This document shows positions 14,138 to 27,950 of a DNA stretch of 64,000 nucleotides, piece after piece. The notes under the pieces were generated by a model. That model saw nothing but the letters and a program-made list of their open reading frames with translations, was not told the origin of the DNA and searched no databases. A program made the position numbers and the translations under genes. Source of the DNA: Chrysomallon squamiferum (taxonomy: Eukaryota > Animalia > Mollusca); the NCBI GenBank assembly GCA_012295275.1, contig CM022673.1, positions 23,188,001 through 23,252,000 of the forward strand, read 5' to 3'. Position 1 is the first letter of the stretch; each line of letters begins with the position of its first letter.

Positions 14138-16121
14138 ATGATGGCGACGTCCATTAGATCTGCGTGCTCTATTAAGAATGTTGATGTTTGGAAGCATCAG
14201 TTATTTCAGATACTTCATAACAGAAATGCATCGTTTTCTACAAAATCTAATTTGACAAAAGCAAAGGTATGTTTTGATATAAATTATATATTTCTTTTTA
14301 TCAAGGTTATTTTATTTTTTAAATTAATAATAATACTCAATTATCAATAGTGACAGTACTGAATACAATACTGTGAATACAGTGAATACTCAGTAGTCAG
14401 TTACTGCTTATTCAGTTATTGTAAGTAATTTTTAGACAAATAATGGCTAATTTAGCTTAAGTATCATTAAACTTTGTTTTTACATTCAAACAAATAAAAT
14501 TAAAAACTAAGTGTGTTTTAGAAACATACATTAATTTTTAGTCAATACAAATTAAATTTAAAGACTACAAATCTTGGTACATTATGTTTACATAACTAGA
14601 GAAAAAAACATAGACTTTTGGGGTTTTTTAACAATAGAATGAGCTCTTCATTATAATTATTTATTTATGTATTCATCTTGGTCCTTTCATCAAATCAAAC
14701 ACAACACTATTGCACCTGTTAAGAAATTAAACAGCAATTTAGTAGTTAGTACCAGAGTATAAGAGTGTAAGATAACTTATTAAATGAAAGTGTGTGGAAT
14801 TTGAAATTGTTCCTCAACTGATGTGTGAGTCAAAAATTATCCAGCCATGATTTGGACCTAGTGGACTGCTGTGGTACCTGGCACCTGGCTGACATTATTT
14901 ATAGTTCGAAAAAGAGAGTGCTAGACAGTAATGTCTTATCAAACGATAGTTACAGTTTCTCTTACTGAATTAGATGTAGGTCTCACTTTCCAGCAAGGTG
15001 GCAATAGAAAAAGGTGGGTTTTTGGGTGGGGAGGAGGCCAGAAAACTCACAAGTGAAAGGATTACTATGAAACGTGCTCAAGTTGCATATATGACATTCC
15101 TGGAAAAAGATTAGCTGCTGGGATTTGCATCAATTCTTGGGACAGCAGCAAAAGATTATATGTGCATAATCTCTTCCCATGTCATAGACATTCCTTAGTG
15201 AAGAAGCTATGATTGAATTTACAATACACTAATTATATAGAAAAAAAACAGTACCTCAAGGTATTGCATCATGTCAGTCAGTTAATTGTAAAATTATAAA
15301 ATATGCACTAATTTCAAAAGTTTGGACATTTAAAAAATGTGTTGCTGAATTCATTGAATATTTGCTGTTTAGCAGAAACGCAGATTTATAGACTCACTGA
15401 GGATATATGTGAGAGGAGGAGCAGGGGGTCAAGGTCTTCCCAAATATGGTGGCACTGGTGGTGATGGTGGCAGTGTATCTGTGGTAGCTAAAAAAGGTGT
15501 TAATCTGATTGATGTAGCACAGCAGAATGAGAAGAAAAGATACATAGCAGGCACAGGAGCAAACAGCAAGTAAGTAAAAAAAATATCATTTTATATTTAT
15601 AAGATAATCTATGCTCTCACCTGCACACAAAAACAAAATACAAATAATGAACAATAATTAGTGCTCTAAAGAAAAACTGGTCTTGCCTCTAGGGTACAAA
15701 CTGAGTGTGCCTTAAGGATTGTTACATATGTTCAGACACACAAAAACACCAGTGATAGAGTTATTATAACATATCTAAAGTAATTATCCAGAAAAAATTA
15801 CTTTGTGAAGTATATTTTGTCAGGTGTTTAATTAAGAATTCCATTCTATTTGAACAATTATATTAAACAGAATAATGATAGTAATTGGTATCTAAATGTC
15901 TTTATTTATTTATATTATTTTGATAGAAAATTTTGTCTTCTTGGTGAAGATGGAAAACATCTAGAAATCTCGGTGCCAGTTGGAATTGTTGTTAAAACTG
16001 ATGACAATGCAATTTTAGGTGAGTTTAAAATTATAAATATGAAGTACATGAGAAAACAGATTTAACCAAAAAATAATTATCTTGAAATCTTTTTTTATTA
16101 TTACTATTATTGTTTTTATTA

Positions 16122-16172
<51 letters not shown>

Positions 16173-19136
16173 TTATTATTTTTGTATTTTTATTATTTTT
16201 TAAATGTTTTATTATTTATTAGTTATTTATTTATATTTTTCTTTTAGTTTTTAATATATTATTATATTAGCAACTTATACAAAGTAATATAACATTTAGA
16301 ATTTTGAACCTTTTAATTGAAACTATTTGAGATAACAGCTTTTCAGTGATTGGTTTCTTTCAGTTTAGCAAATTGTTTATACTGTTGGAAAGACATTAAG
16401 CAATTAGATTAATTTAATTTTTAAAATTATTGCTTTGTTTGTTTGTCAGTCATGTAGATGATATTTTTCCTTTGTTTGAAATAACCATTACAATGCATTT
16501 CAGCACTCATTCAGATTTAAATTTTAATAATAAAGTATTGAAATTATGTATTATCAGTTATTTTGTTTTTACTTTCTGAAATATATATTTTTCCTTGTTC
16601 AACAGCCGACCTGAATGAACCAGATCAGACAGCAGTTATTGCACATGGAGGCAAGGGAGGGAATCCTAAAAATAACTTTCTAGGTGTGAAAGGAGAAAGT
16701 CGCAATGTAGTTTTAGACCTCAAACTGATTGCAGATGTAGGACTTGTTGGGTAATGGTGGTCTGACTTTAAAACCATGTTACTGAAAAAATCAACAGTTT
16801 AAAAAACAATTGATATTAACATTTTGATCAACTGGATGCATTCAGACTGTCTATAATTCTGAGGATGTATTAATTTCTTCTTTATAAATTGCTGCAAAAT
16901 ATTTACTTATCATTAAATTCATAACTAAATGCATGAATTTAGATAGAATTTTAGTTTAGATTTCAGGACTCAGTTTTAGTTGTTTTTATACAGGTTCCCA
17001 AATGCTGGAAAATCAACATTTCTTGGTTCAGTGTCCAGAGCAAAACCAAAAATAGCTGACTATCCTTGTAAGTACTGACAAAAACAGATTATAAATTTTC
17101 AGAAAAAATATGTTATACTTTGAGCAATAAATCTACAAAAAAAGTTATAAAAGTGATACTTATTTATTTATTTAATATTTTAAAACAATCTGCTAAACTG
17201 CCAAGTGACTTTGGAATGATAAAAATATCAGATGGTTTTTTCTTTTAAAGTACTAACTTTCATTTATTTTATTCTATTCTATTCTATTCTATTCTATTTA
17301 ATTTACTGTTTAAAAAAATATATAATTAATCTTTTATTCCAGTTACAACCATCCAACCTCAGATTGGTGTTATTGAATATCCTGATTTTAGAAGGGTAAA
17401 TATTTTCCCTTTGTTTCATTTAGTATTAATATTTAAGCATATATGAACTAAAAAAGGTTTATTTATACAATAAAAAACTAATATTTTATACAATTAAAGA
17501 CATTAGGTAAACAATGTTTCTTTTATTTGATATGAATAAAGATTATTTTTATTGAAATTAATTTCAGATTACAGTTGCTGACTTACCAGGTCTAATCGAA
17601 GGGGCGCATGTTAATTTTGGAATGGGACACAAGTTTCTAAAACATGTAGAGAGAACTAAATTGTTGTTGTTTATGGTGGACATTAATGGTTTTAAACTTG
17701 GACTCAATTACCAGTACAGAACAGCATTTGAGACAATACTGCTTTTGAATCAGGTAAAAAGAAGAATATGGAGTTTATTTTATTGTCTTACATCATTAGC
17801 AATTTATCAAAGTAATTGCAAATATTTCATTTCACAGAATAGCATTATTCATTAAAATTATGGTCAAGATATAAATTTATAAAGTTTAAGGCTTTGTTTG
17901 AGTCACTGAATATGGTAATTTTGACATAAACTAACAACTACTGACTTGGTACAGTAGAAAAGTTTCTAATTGTGGTTTCTGTTTCTTTCAAAGAGCTGTC
18001 AAAAATCCATATTATTTTAGTGTATCTTAAATGTAGAGAGAAGTAGACAAATGTGAATATAATGTATTTAGCCCATTTGTTTTATAACTACAGATATGTT
18101 TTCAAATTAATTAGAAAATAATTATTGTTTTTCAGGAGCTTGAACTCTACAGAGAAGATTTGTTAAGCAAACCTATGGTTCTTGCCTTGAATAAATGTGA
18201 CACAGAGGGAAGTAGTGAAAAACTGGAGGAGATTATGAAATTAATTGAAAATTTACCAGGTTTGTGAAGAAAAAAGATTTTTTTTATTTTTATATATTTC
18301 TTAGAACCGAGTGAGTGGTCGAGTTAAAAGCTTCTATACAAAAACATGCCTAGTTGAATATAGGTAATCATTTAAAATTCTGACCAAAGTTTAGTAATTT
18401 ATTCCAGAAAAGTGCTCCAAAAGCATCTTTAAATGCCAGTGTGTTTTTTCTGTAAGAATCATTAGAAATGCTAATTTTTATGCTTTTCCATCAAAATTAC
18501 AAAATAAAAGTAATTAAATTGGCATTAGTGATTTGATAGAGTCACATTTTTGAAAATTTAGAAAGTTTGCTGTTAAATTAAATGCATCTATAGTTGTAGG
18601 CACAGTTATACTAAATACAATTTATGAAAATTAATATTGCTCATAGATGCTGCCCTCTTTTGTTGCAACATTCTAGAAAAAATAGTCTACTTTCATGCTC
18701 TGATCAGCATTGCATTCACTGATGCCTTGCAATATATAAAAAGAATCATGATTTCCCCCTCCCCTACACTCTTTCTGTGATATCAATTAGAAAGTGTACC
18801 CTTGATAGATGTACTTCACGAAATCTGCACATGTATTTTTACTTATTAGGTATACTTCAGATTTAAATTCGACTTTGTTTTCTTCCAGAAAGTCTTGAAA
18901 CCGTAGATCCAGATATTCGTCCGTTAAAGCTGGTGCAGTTTGATGGGATTTTTACAATTTCAGCAAAACACAACACTTGCGTTGATCACCTCAAAGTGAG
19001 ACTGAGGGAACTTCTTGATGTTTATGCAGAAACAAAAATGGCTAAAGATGACATTAAAAAGAGCATCATTAAACCAGATGATGATCTTGAGATTCCAGAA
19101 CATTCCTTGGAACATGCTAAAGCTAAATTGGTTTAG
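14138..19136 (+). CDS. GTPBP10: GTP-binding protein 10 (mitochondrial Obg-family GTPase, ~415 aa, 9 coding exons)
   Basis: Exons 14138-14266, 15373(or 15376)-15569, 15927-16018, 16606-16750, 16994-17067, 17343-17395, 17568-17753, 18136-18259 and 18889-19136 are in phase. Obg fold [17 protein letters not shown]; [19 protein letters not shown] (G1); YPFTT (G2); [11 protein letters not shown] (G3); NKCD (G4); ISAK (G5). Confidence 0.95.
16128..16172. repeat. (ATT)n microsatellite in a GTPBP10 intron
   Basis: Trinucleotide run. Confidence 0.9.
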
Positions 19137-19841
19137 CATACAGAGAATGTAATAGGGTGTAAAAGTAATAGGCAATGGTGCTTGTGAATATCTGTGATAA
19201 ATATAAAAAATTGCAGTTCCTAACATTCATCCAGAATAAATAGCATCACTTTAATTAATCTTTACATTAGTAATACAAAGGTAATAAAATCAGTTTGTGA
19301 GTATCTTAGACTCAAATAAAAAGAAATAGATTTTTTAATAATTTTTTGGCTCATGATTATTTTCTGTTGAAGAGTTGTAAAACTGAAAAAAAGTCTGAAA
19401 TAAAAATTACCTATGCTGATTAATGGGAAATGAGTTTTAAATTTTTTTTTTTATTATTGATGTATTTTGTATCTGCATTTTTGTTTATATTTTTGACAAA
19501 TAAGAAACCAAAACAAGAAAAGGATATATATTTTATTATATGCCAACAAGCCATGCAAGCATGCATGCACAAATCTTAACAGATTCTTGTAGAAAAATAT
19601 ATTCTACAGATTCATATTTTTAAAAGTTTGTTTAAAAAAAAAAAATTATAATACAAATGTCACTAATGTAAATTAAATGACAATTAACTGAAATAAAATT
19701 CAGGTCTAATATTAAAATAGTATCTAAAATTATTTGTATATCAAAAAGACAATACAATTTTTGAAAAAAAGAAGATATTCATACTGATAAAATCAAAACT
19801 AATAAGTGGTAATTTATAGAAAAATTGGGCATATTTTACAG

Positions 19842-20162
19842 TAGAGGGTTGGCAACCTTTTGGACAGAGGTCCAGACAGCTATGCAATGTTTTGGAGGAA
19901 GGCCAAGATATCAAGTGTATTAATCATACATATATGTACACACACATAGACACATCATCTCTCTCTCTCTCTCTCTGAATACTGTCTTCAATACTGAGCA
20001 CCAAAAAGGGATGCTAGGAAGCAAGGCTGCTTTGGTCTGGAGGTTTAAAGAAAAAACAATGAAGATAATGTAATAACTGGTGTACAAGTGTTCAGTTGGC
20101 AGGTGACACTAAAATACCTTGCGGGCAAGATGTGGCTGTGGGCCAAGTGTTGCTGACCCCTG
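19842..20162. mobile_element. hAT-type MITE (~320 bp)
   Basis: Imperfect TIRs tagagggttggcaac / gttgctgacccctg resemble the CAGGGGTCGGCAAC-type hAT end. The 8-bp flanks ttttacag (19834-19841) and ttttactc (20163-20170) match 6/8, consistent with a decayed 8-bp target duplication. Confidence 0.7.
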
Positions 20163-20788
20163 TTTTACTCATTAATATTTGTGGAATAAAATAATAATAA
20201 AAGAAAGTTAAAATGATATTCATGCAACAAAATAATAAATGCAGTGATAGAAAGTCTAGCTAGTACAGATTTAGTTACTAATGTTGTTAGATTTACAATA
20301 ATAAAAAGATATCCATGAAACATTAATAACTGAATAGAGAAAAATATATTTTCAAGATAGAATACTATGTTAACATTAAAACTAAATCCAATTTTATTAT
20401 TGTAAAGTTAAGTGCTCTTATGAGCATTAAGTTAATTTCATTTGCACTAAATGTTTAATAATGTCTTCTGCTGTAGAGTGTTTAATGTGACATGCTGTGA
20501 ATGTTTAAATTAACTCACTAAAGTCTGACTTGAAGTACAGTCAGTGTGTGAAATAAAATACAGTTATATTTCTAAATATATGTAAACACATACATACCAA
20601 TAACAAATGCATAACAGGATAATAATTTCATTTGGTAGGCATAAAAACAAAGAACTTCTGTTTTCTAAAAACACAGGTAGTAATCTGATTTCAATTTTTG
20701 CTGTTTGGCATAAAATCCAAATATGTAGATATAAATTATATACCATGGAATGTGTCTGATATAATGTTGCATATGAGACTAAATAGTT

Positions 20789-22637
20789 CTACTTCTCAAA
20801 TTTATCCTTGCTAAGACCAAGAAAGTCCAGAGCATTTTCACTCAAAAGTTGATTCTGAAATAAAATTTATTCACATAGTATTGAGTGTAAATTCATTTTT
20901 ACAATAATAAATACTGATTAAAATTTAAAAAAATAGGATGACATAATTTTCTTTCATATTTTATTATAGTTTTTTTTTCTAAATAATATTTCATATTTAC
21001 ATCCAAATTTGGTTTATTGTTATTTTTGCTAATCTTCACCAGCATCATTTATAATTTGTTCCAATTTCAATTAACATCTAAATAAAGTGGTTGAAAGACA
21101 TAAGTAATTTTTCTTACCTTCACATCCATGTCAAATTCTGACGTTGATTCTATGATCTTTCCAGGGATGTGTTCACCTAAAGGAAAGGGATAGTCAGTTC
21201 CCAGAATCACCTTGTCCTGGAATCAGATGAAGAGAAAAAAAGAAAATGAATTATTCAAGAGACTGTTTCAATTTATTTTTTAAAATAATAATAGTATTTC
21301 AAAATTAATTTAATTTTGTTATATCCAGCTACGTATCAAACTAATAAAGATTATTATAATGAAAATGGTTAAAACAAATTTAATTAACCTATTTTAATTC
21401 TTTTTCTTATTAAGAAGAAGCCTTTGAAACTGAATAAATTTGTTTGTTATTTTTACCTTTCCAATGACATCGACAAGAAATTTCAGTGACCGTTCATCAT
21501 GAACAAGACTGTCTGTGTAAAAGCTACCAATGTATTTCCTAGGATTGGAACTGCAGTCTGTGGCACACAGGTCTGGTCTCACATTGAAACCATGTTCTAT
21601 TCTTCCCAGAGTGTAGGGAAAAGCACCACCTTAAAAACAATAATAAATAAAATAACAATTTATGTACTTGTCTGGTTTTTAATTAGATTTAAATCTTTTA
21701 TAACACTAAAAATAGTGATATATTTATTTTTGGCAAATATGTTTTCTATGCTAATTTAAAATATAATCAGAAAAAATAATAATAAAATAAAATTAATATG
21801 AACTCTTGAATTCAGAAAAGAAAGAAAAGACAGACTAATAAAATATTTTTATTGTTTGGCATATAAAAAGAATATTTATGAATGTTGGATGTGTGTGTGT
21901 GTGTGTGTCAATATTTTTATAATGAATGTTATACCTCCATGTGCAAAACAGACTTTAAGTTTTGGAAATCGTTCAAGGACACCACCAAACAGCATGCAGC
22001 AAATTGCCATTGTAGTTTCAGCAGGCATTCCTGGAAGAGTTTACAGAGTTCAAAATTTTGAATAATTAATATGAATTAAAAATGCTAATATTGATCATAA
22101 AAACTCTTTAATTCTAACTAGAGGTATATGAAAGATTAAAAAATAATAATAATAATAATTAATACTTTATTTACTAGTTTTTAATTAATTACTTTTTCAT
22201 AATTTTAATCACTGATTTGTATCCATCCACTAAAATAATATTTCTTTGCTGAATTTAAATTGCCTATTAAATCATATTTAATCTCATTAAAAAATAAAAA
22301 CATATTCAGAAGATTTATAAACCAAAATGCCAAATTATAAAAACTAACCTACAAGCCATGGCAGCCAATATTTTTTCATTCTTCCTCCTTGTTCCATATC
22401 CCAGGGATGGACAAAGATAGAACAATTATACTTTTCAGCAGCCTTTAGTTGAAAAAAAACAATATAACTTTCAAAATATGTGTTAATGAATCAATCAAAA
22501 AACATTTTAAATTAAAATTAAAAAAATATTTAAAAAAATAATTTTTACTTTTTAAATGAGACAATTTTATAAAAAAATAAAAAAAATAAAGTAACACAAA
22601 AATACTTATATAACAAAACAATAATTAATTTAAAAAA

Positions 22638-22687
<50 letters not shown>

Positions 22688-24850
22688 TAATAAAATATTA
22701 TTAAAAAAATAGATATATAAATATAATTTGAATGTTTTCATTACAGCAAAGATGGGTTGAATTTCAGGAGCATCAAGATTCCAGTCATTTATATGAGATC
22801 CAATCTGTACACCAGGAAAACCTGAAAATAGTATTTATTATGATTGTAAACATACACACAGGTCAACGTCCCCTTATCCAGAATTCTCTGGTAAACATCA
22901 TCAACAGTTTACAAGGTTTATTTGTAACAAAAACATTAAGTAAAAGTTTTAACATACAAAAATTAAATAATATTCTTGAAAAAGAAAAAAAACAGTATTG
23001 ACGTTTTAAAATATTTTGGAACTGTGGATGGATTGCTTACTGACCTGCAATTTCATTTATTACTAAAGTATTTTTATACTGAGTATATGATATTTTTATT
23101 TCAGTAAGGAACATTAAATAAATGAAGATTGTTTTTGTTGTTTGTTTTCCTTTAGATATTAAAATAATATTTAAAAAAATTATTTGCTGATTTATTTCAT
23201 TTAAACTGCCTTTTAGTGGTTTAAAAATATTATAACCTAGCCAACCTTTACCTAAATCATAATAAATCGTAGCAATAAAATAACAAAAAGATGCAATTTC
23301 CCTTAATTAATATTTTCATTTTTCCTGAAGAAATATAAAACCCACAACAGACCAGTTGTTGCAGGAACAATACCAATGACTGACAGTTTGTTTTGCATGA
23401 CTGTATATCAAAGAAGTGGATATTACCATGAAAATGATCTTCTTGATCTTTCTTCTTGATCATGTATATTTTAAAATTAACCAATTCTAAATATCAAAGA
23501 CATAAAAGATTTCTGAATTACCAAGTTCCAAGCAACATCTTTTGAGTTCTTGCACAGCTAAATCTGGAGCTTGCATAGGCAATGTTCCGAGTCCAACAAA
23601 TCTGTCTGGGTATTTCTTCACTGTGTCTGCAAGATTATTGTTTAAGATCTGACACAAGTCTAAAGTATCTTTGGGCTGTGCCTGAAATTATTAAATATTA
23701 CACACTTATTTCAAGCTACATTATAAACATCCTATCATTTGTTCAGAAAATGAGTTAAGAATAGCAGGTAACTAAACCATTAATAAAACTTGGTGATCCA
23801 CATTCTAGTGTTCCTTGACAAACACAAAGATAGGTTTTCATAATAAAGCATGTAAAATTTCTTTTACCAGTTTATTATATAAATATGTGAATGATACTTA
23901 TACAAGTATGTCCTTTAAACAATTAAGTAAAACATTAATTGTATTTAGATATGTGTCTACTTACCCAGTAATTAAACATGACCGGTACTGTAGATAACAC
24001 TTGTACTGTAACACCTTTAAAAAAAATAAACATATTTCAAGATATCTCTTTTTTAATTTCATAACTTTTTAAAATTTAATTCAAAATTTATTTTTATAGT
24101 TATCAATAAATAATAACTAATTTTGCTGAAATATTTTAAACATTTATTAATACAAATGTTTAATTAACATTTGCAACTGTTTTTATTATGTTATAGCAGA
24201 AATAGATCTTCTTGTATGCTTCATAGCAACCATTTGTTGTTCTTGTTGAAGCAATAACAATAATAATTTGAAAATGTAATAGTTAAATTACCTGTTGAGT
24301 CCATGTCCTTAATTCGTTGCTCTGGAGACCAGCAGTTGGAGTCAATGACTCGAAATAATTTTCCATCTTTCACCATCTCTGCCTGCCCTGGACATTTGTG
24401 ATTCAACTGAATGAAACCTCCATAACCATACCTCTGTAACACCAAGAATATAACAACAACATACAAACATAAATACATACATACATTTGTGATTCAACTG
24501 AATGAAACCTCCATAACCATACCTCTGTAACACCAAGAATATAATAACAACAACATACAAACATAAATACATACATACATTTGTGATTCAACTGAATGAA
24601 ACCTCCATAATCATACCTCTGTAACACCAAGAATATAACAACAACATACAAACATAAATACATACATACATTTGTGATTCAACTGAATGAAACCTCCATA
24701 ACCATACCTCTGTAACACCAAGAATATAATAACAACAACATACAAACATAAATACATACATACATTTGTGATTCAACTGAATGAAACCTCCATAATCATA
24801 CCTCTGTAACACCAAGAATATAATAACAACAACATACAAACATAACTACA

Positions 24851-24887
<37 letters not shown>

Positions 24888-27693
24888 CATTTAAAAAATA
24901 CTATTTTAACATCATATTTATATCAAGTATAATTAAGCATTATTTATGACAGAAAGATAGATTAAAAAATTAAAAGGTAACTAAATACTATATTTCTGTA
25001 TTATATATATGAGATTTTACAAACACACACAATAATATATATAAACATATTTATTATCATTTTTATTTTTAAATACAGGCATATAAATATTAAATATCAA
25101 AGATAAATGTCTATTTTAATAGTAATATTTAGTATTCTATTATCATACACACCAGCTGTTAATATTTTATTATATATCTATGATAAATCTTAACATGTTA
25201 TAGAAAACTGATATTTAGTTTATCTAACTTTATGTAAAGAGTCTTTGCTTTGTTTTATTGTTTCATTTCATTTGAACATTTTAACAGTGTTTGGTGTCTT
25301 ATTTCCTTAACTGTATTCATCTGTCTTGTCTATCTATCTATCTATCTATCAGTCTATATCTATATTTATAAATATATCTAATATCAAAAATTATCAGTTA
25401 ACAGGAACAAGCAAGTACAAATAATAAACTAATGGTATTTAGTGCCAAACATTAAATTTTATTTTTAATAGAGATAATTTTAAAATTTCTCTTTCTACAT
25501 TTACCAGTAAATGTCATTTTATAAGCATAATTATTTCCATTGATACCAAAACACAACTCAACTATGATAAACAAGAAATGTCTAACCAGATATTTTTAGA
25601 ACATATGTTTACCCGTTCCTGAAAGTGATGGATTGTCAGATTAACCTAATACTGTGGTAAACTCTTTGAAGGTACATATAAAAAGGTCCCCAGCTGTTAA
25701 CTGATAAATAGTGGTAGTACATTTACTCTCTATCTTCAAACCAGAGGAAACATATGACAGGTAAATTTTTATATCAACATTTATTAACTGGTAACACTAA
25801 AATGAATGAAATGTTGTTAAACCTATTTGGGACAGTAATGAAAAATAATTCCAAATATTTTTTCAGGTATTCAGATATTTCAGTCTGTTCTCTTACTAGA
25901 AGATTGCTTGCTAAATATAACCACCCAGAAGCAGATCTGTTTTTCATGCTGGAGTGCCATTAAACAAACATTCCTTCATTCCTTGCTAATTACATGTGTT
26001 ATATATTTTCATCTGGTGTAACTTTCCATTGTGTTTTGATAAAAACTGTTATGTTTTGAGCAAATAATAAATCAGATGTGACAAAACAGAGTCACATCAT
26101 GACATTTATTTGCGTTTTAACACTGCTTGACCATCTGACTGTAGATTTAAAAAAAGAAAAGTGACAGTTAATATAACAGTATATGGCAGTAATGGATTAA
26201 AAGTTGAATGCTGCTGGTAAAACAATATGGTGAGTGTAAATATTATTTGTTATATAACACCCCATGTAATACAATCTGTCTCTGTCTTTAGTAAACTGAC
26301 ACTCATTATCATCTTGTAACCATAACCTGACTTTGTTTTAAAATCCACATAACAAGGTTTAACACTGCCTGTGGCTAATTATGTATCCTAACATACAACT
26401 TACTGTCTTTACTTTTTGGCATTTTACTCTTTTTTTTCCCCATAAAATATTATGTGGTTCTAAGTTAACATATTTAGTTGGAACAAAAGTACATAGCCTT
26501 TTTTATACGAAATTCAAAGACGATATAGAGATATTTGTACATAGATTTACTCAACCAGATATCTGCCATCTTGTTCACTTTTCAGAATATGTAATATATG
26601 TGACACAACACATGCACTCAAATGTCACCTGTTGAAAAACAGTATCAACTTCTGTTCCAGCTCAGTATTTGAGATTTAAAGAACAGAACACAGTTTAGTG
26701 GCACAGTTACCACCATGTGTCTTACTTTTTTCAGTTAGAGTTTATATCCAAAAACTGCTTTAGTGCTTTCCTTTCTATGAAAAACTATTATAAAAAATAC
26801 CATGAATTCCTGCTGTTAATAATAACTCATGGAATAGCAATAAACTTAATTACTTGCAAATAACTGATTCAAGTCACAAGATCAGTCCTCCATAGTATAC
26901 TAACGAGATATGCTAATTTTTTATTTTTTTTATTTTACTAAATTATTATTTCTTGAGTAACTGTGTATATCTTCAAGTACTAATCTGATTCACTTAATCT
27001 AGTAATATTCTAATGATTATGTCCAGTGAGTAATTGTCTTTGATTTACTAACATTCCCTCTGCAGTCTATATAGTTTATATACCATACCATTCTTATAAT
27101 ATTTTTGCATCAGAATTTTTGGCTAGTTTTATTCTGTCATTCATAGTTTTCTTAATTCAAGTGACTAATTTCAAGTTATTTTGTCATAAATGTATATACT
27201 AAATCTTAAAGAGAAATACTCTTAGTAACACATTCATCATAAAATGGAATCCAACCTCACAGATTTATTAAAAAAAATAATAAAAAGTAATGCCAGATTA
27301 AATATCCTTACATCTGCTTAAAATAAGAACAACAACAATAATAAATAAATAAATAATAAATAATAATAATAATACAAATAACTTATTAACGATGATAATG
27401 ATTAAAAAATTTAAAAGTTAATGCAAACAGCAAAATGTGTCTTTATTAATTAATTTTATCACTTTATCATTTTGGATCTTCATCTTCACCGTTTGTATAC
27501 AAAGATGTATTGTACCTGATTATATTATTATTGCAGCAAACTGGTACGGGATGCTGGTCGGTAACACTATATTTAAAAAGGAAATGTTTATAATGCATTT
27601 ATATATAAAGAGATGAAAAACAAATGTGCTACATACTTCCTTTAAATCTGGCCATGTTTCCGGCAAAATATGTGTATGAAGATCGATTTTCAT
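20789..27693 (-). CDS. ACMSD: 2-amino-3-carboxymuconate-6-semialdehyde decarboxylase (337 aa, 10 coding exons)
   Basis: Exons 27637-27693, 24292-24433, 23965-24014, 23522-23681, 22745-22821, 22349-22442, 21935-22030, 21457-21629, 21118-21216 and 20789-20854 total 1014 nt in phase. Motifs: [11 protein letters not shown] (HxH), [50 protein letters not shown]. Confidence 0.97.
22641..22683. repeat. (AAT)n microsatellite
   Basis: Trinucleotide run in an ACMSD intron. Confidence 0.9.
24392..24855 (-). repeat. Five near-identical 91/94-bp tandem units spanning the ACMSD intron 1 / coding exon 2 boundary
   Basis: Units start at 24392, 24483, 24577, 24668 and 24762. Each carries the acceptor ggtgttacag plus the first 40 nt of the exon. 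A (GT)n run follows at ~24856-24886. Confidence 0.97.
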
Positions 27694-27699
27694 ATCCAC

Positions 27700-27950
27700 T
27701 GTCTATTAGTATTAAAAACTGGTACATGAAAAAACGTAGTTGCTTTTGTTCATCTTTGCACTCGACCGTGAACTACTTTTTGTTAGCCAATCATAAGCGA
27801 CAGTGTAGAGGTGTGTCTCGACATTTCTATATTATTGGTTTCTTCTCAGTTCAGAGGTTAATATTTTGATTAAACATTCAGGTCATATTAACCATGCAAA
27901 ATTGTGATAAAATGGATTACCAGGGACTGGGAGCTCGCCGATCGAGATAA
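27700..27950 (-). promoter_or_regulatory. Putative ACMSD promoter region
   Basis: CpG-enriched stretch just upstream of the ATG, with CCAAT boxes on both strands (agccaatca ~27785; attggtt ~27834). Confidence 0.45.

Noticed and set aside
24342-24839. Overlapping [22 protein letters not shown] ORFs as separate genes
   Set aside because: They are by-products of the ACMSD acceptor tandem repeat.
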